Below are positions 32,785 to 33,920 of a stretch of DNA of 33,920 nucleotides, piece after piece. Under the pieces are notes generated by a model, which had not been told where the DNA came from, did not search any database, and worked only from the letters and a program-made list of their open reading frames with translations. The stretch's first letter is position 1; each line of letters begins with the position of its first letter. Origin of the DNA: Callorhinchus milii (taxonomy: Eukaryota). The DNA is taken from the NCBI RefSeq assembly GCF_018977255.1, contig NW_024705574.1, positions 1-33,920 on the forward strand, written 5' to 3'. The position numbers and the translations under genes were made by a program.

Positions 32785-32990
32785 ACAAAATACTCCAGAC
32801 GCTGGAAATCTGAAAACAACAACGGAAATCGCTGGGAACGAACACTCAAAGCCGGTCAGGCAGCATCTATGGAGAGAGGAAAGCGAGTCAATGTTTTGGG
32901 TCCACGGCGACGAAGTTCTGACGAAACGTTGACTCGCTTTCCTCTCTCCATAGATGCTGCCTGACCGGCTTTGAGCGTTCGTTCCCAGCG
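32785..32990. mobile_element. Palindromic element resembling fish Penelope-derived short repeats
   Basis: 67-bp inverted arms (32830-32896 and 32924-32990) with 2 differences. The GCTGGAAATCTG...GGCAGCATCTATGGAGAG motif resembles Penelope-related repeats of fishes (family assignment from memory). Confidence 0.65.
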
Positions 32991-33045
32991 CCTCCACCTC
33001 TTGGGCGGGCGACGGTTTGACCCGGACGTGTGGTTGTCTACGCAG

Positions 33046-33243
33046 GGCGGGACGATGATACAGTACGACGGAGGGTTGAGGCTCCTGGAGATCGCACAGG
33101 TCCCCAGAGAACACGTGGAGAAATTCACCTCCGTTTCCCAGTTCAAAACCTTCAACACCAACAACCTGTGGGTCTCCCTCACGGCCATGAAGTCTCTGGG
33201 GGAGAGCGATAACTTGGACACGGAGATCATTGTCAATAACAAG
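33046..33243 (+). CDS. UGP2: UGP2-like coding exon (exon 7 equivalent)
   Basis: cgcag|GGTMIQYDGGLRLLEIAQVPREHVEKFTSVSQFKTFNTNNLWVSLTAMKSLGESDNLDTEIIVNNK|gtactc; 198 nt. Confidence 0.96.
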
Positions 33244-33259
33244 GTACTCGCAGCACTGC

Positions 33260-33435
33260 GCGTCCGTCCACACTCCTGGGTCAGGGTGACAGACACAGTA
33301 AAGCTCCTCTACACTGTGTGTCCACACTCCCAGGTCAGGGTTAGAGACACAGTAACACAGTCACTACACTCCCAGGTCAGGGTTAGAGACACAGTAACGC
33401 TCCTCTACACTGTGCGTCCACACTCCCAGGTCATG
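33260..33435 (+). repeat. Second array of the CACTCCCAGGTCAGGGTTAGAGACACAG repeat (3-4 copies)
   Basis: Same unit as 23215-23905. Confidence 0.9.
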
Positions 33436-33495
33436 TTGAGCACCAACTTATTACAGGATCAATCCCTCACTCCTTCCCCATCTTCAGCTCGAGCC

Positions 33496-33527
<32 letters not shown>

Positions 33528-33582
33528 TGTGCGTGTGTCTTTCCTTGAGTGCCATTGCTCCTCCTCCTCCGCACCCCTGCAG

Positions 33583-33825
33583 ACCCTCGCGACCGGACAG
33601 AACGTGGTGCAGTTGGAGACCGCCGCCGGAGCTGCCATCAGAAACTTCGACCGGGCGCTGGGGGTCAACGTGCCTCGGAGCCGGTACCAACCGGTCAAGA
33701 ACACGGGGGACCTGCTGCTGGCCATGTCCAACCTGTACGGGCTGGAGGGGGGGCGGCTGCAGCTGAGTGACCGCAGGCAGTTCCCCAAACTGCCCCTCAT
33801 CAAACTGGGCACATCCTTCACCCAG
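33583..33825 (+). CDS. UGP2: UGP2-like coding exon (exon 8 equivalent); the gene continues beyond the window
   Basis: ctgcag|TLATGQNVVQLETAAGAAIRNFDRALGVNVPRSRYQPVKNTGDLLLAMSNLYGLEGGRLQLSDRRQFPKLPLIKLGTSFTQ|gtcagt; 243 nt. Confidence 0.96.
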
Positions 33826-33920
33826 GTCAGTGCCCCTCACACCAACAACAACCACCACAACAACAACCATCACCACCACCACCAACTCCCTCACCAACAC
33901 CAACACCACCACCAACACCA

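Noticed and set aside
32353..33327. 324-aa minus-strand ORF
   Set aside because: Antisense shadow of a UGP2-like exon plus repeat fragments; no coherent protein features.

Overview
Eukaryotic, repeat-rich, GC-rich vertebrate genomic DNA. The tRNA/Deu-type SINEs, CR1 and L2 LINEs and a palindromic Penelope-like element point to a cartilaginous fish, possibly a chimaera (inference). The + strand carries two multi-exon genes in tandem. The first is a cytosolic malate dehydrogenase MDH1-like gene (8 exons, 1505-12404; the first exon was not found). The second is a UDP-glucose pyrophosphorylase UGP2-like gene (7 exons, about 20122-33825, continuing past the window end). This repeats the known vertebrate MDH1-UGP2 gene order, but both copies are divergent. 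The MDH1-like protein keeps its NAD-binding motifs and exon structure but has lost the catalytic His and Asp and two substrate-binding Arg residues. It also has a 1-nt frameshift in one exon. Its last exon has no stop at the usual position and ends in a consensus splice donor that is phase-compatible with the first recognisable UGP2-like exon. This raises the possibility of a pseudo-MDH-UGP2 fusion or bicistronic transcript. The introns are full of SINEs, LINE fragments and minisatellites, several of which grew out of transposon sequence. Human residue numbers and exon sizes are recalled from memory, not computed; repeat boundaries are approximate.
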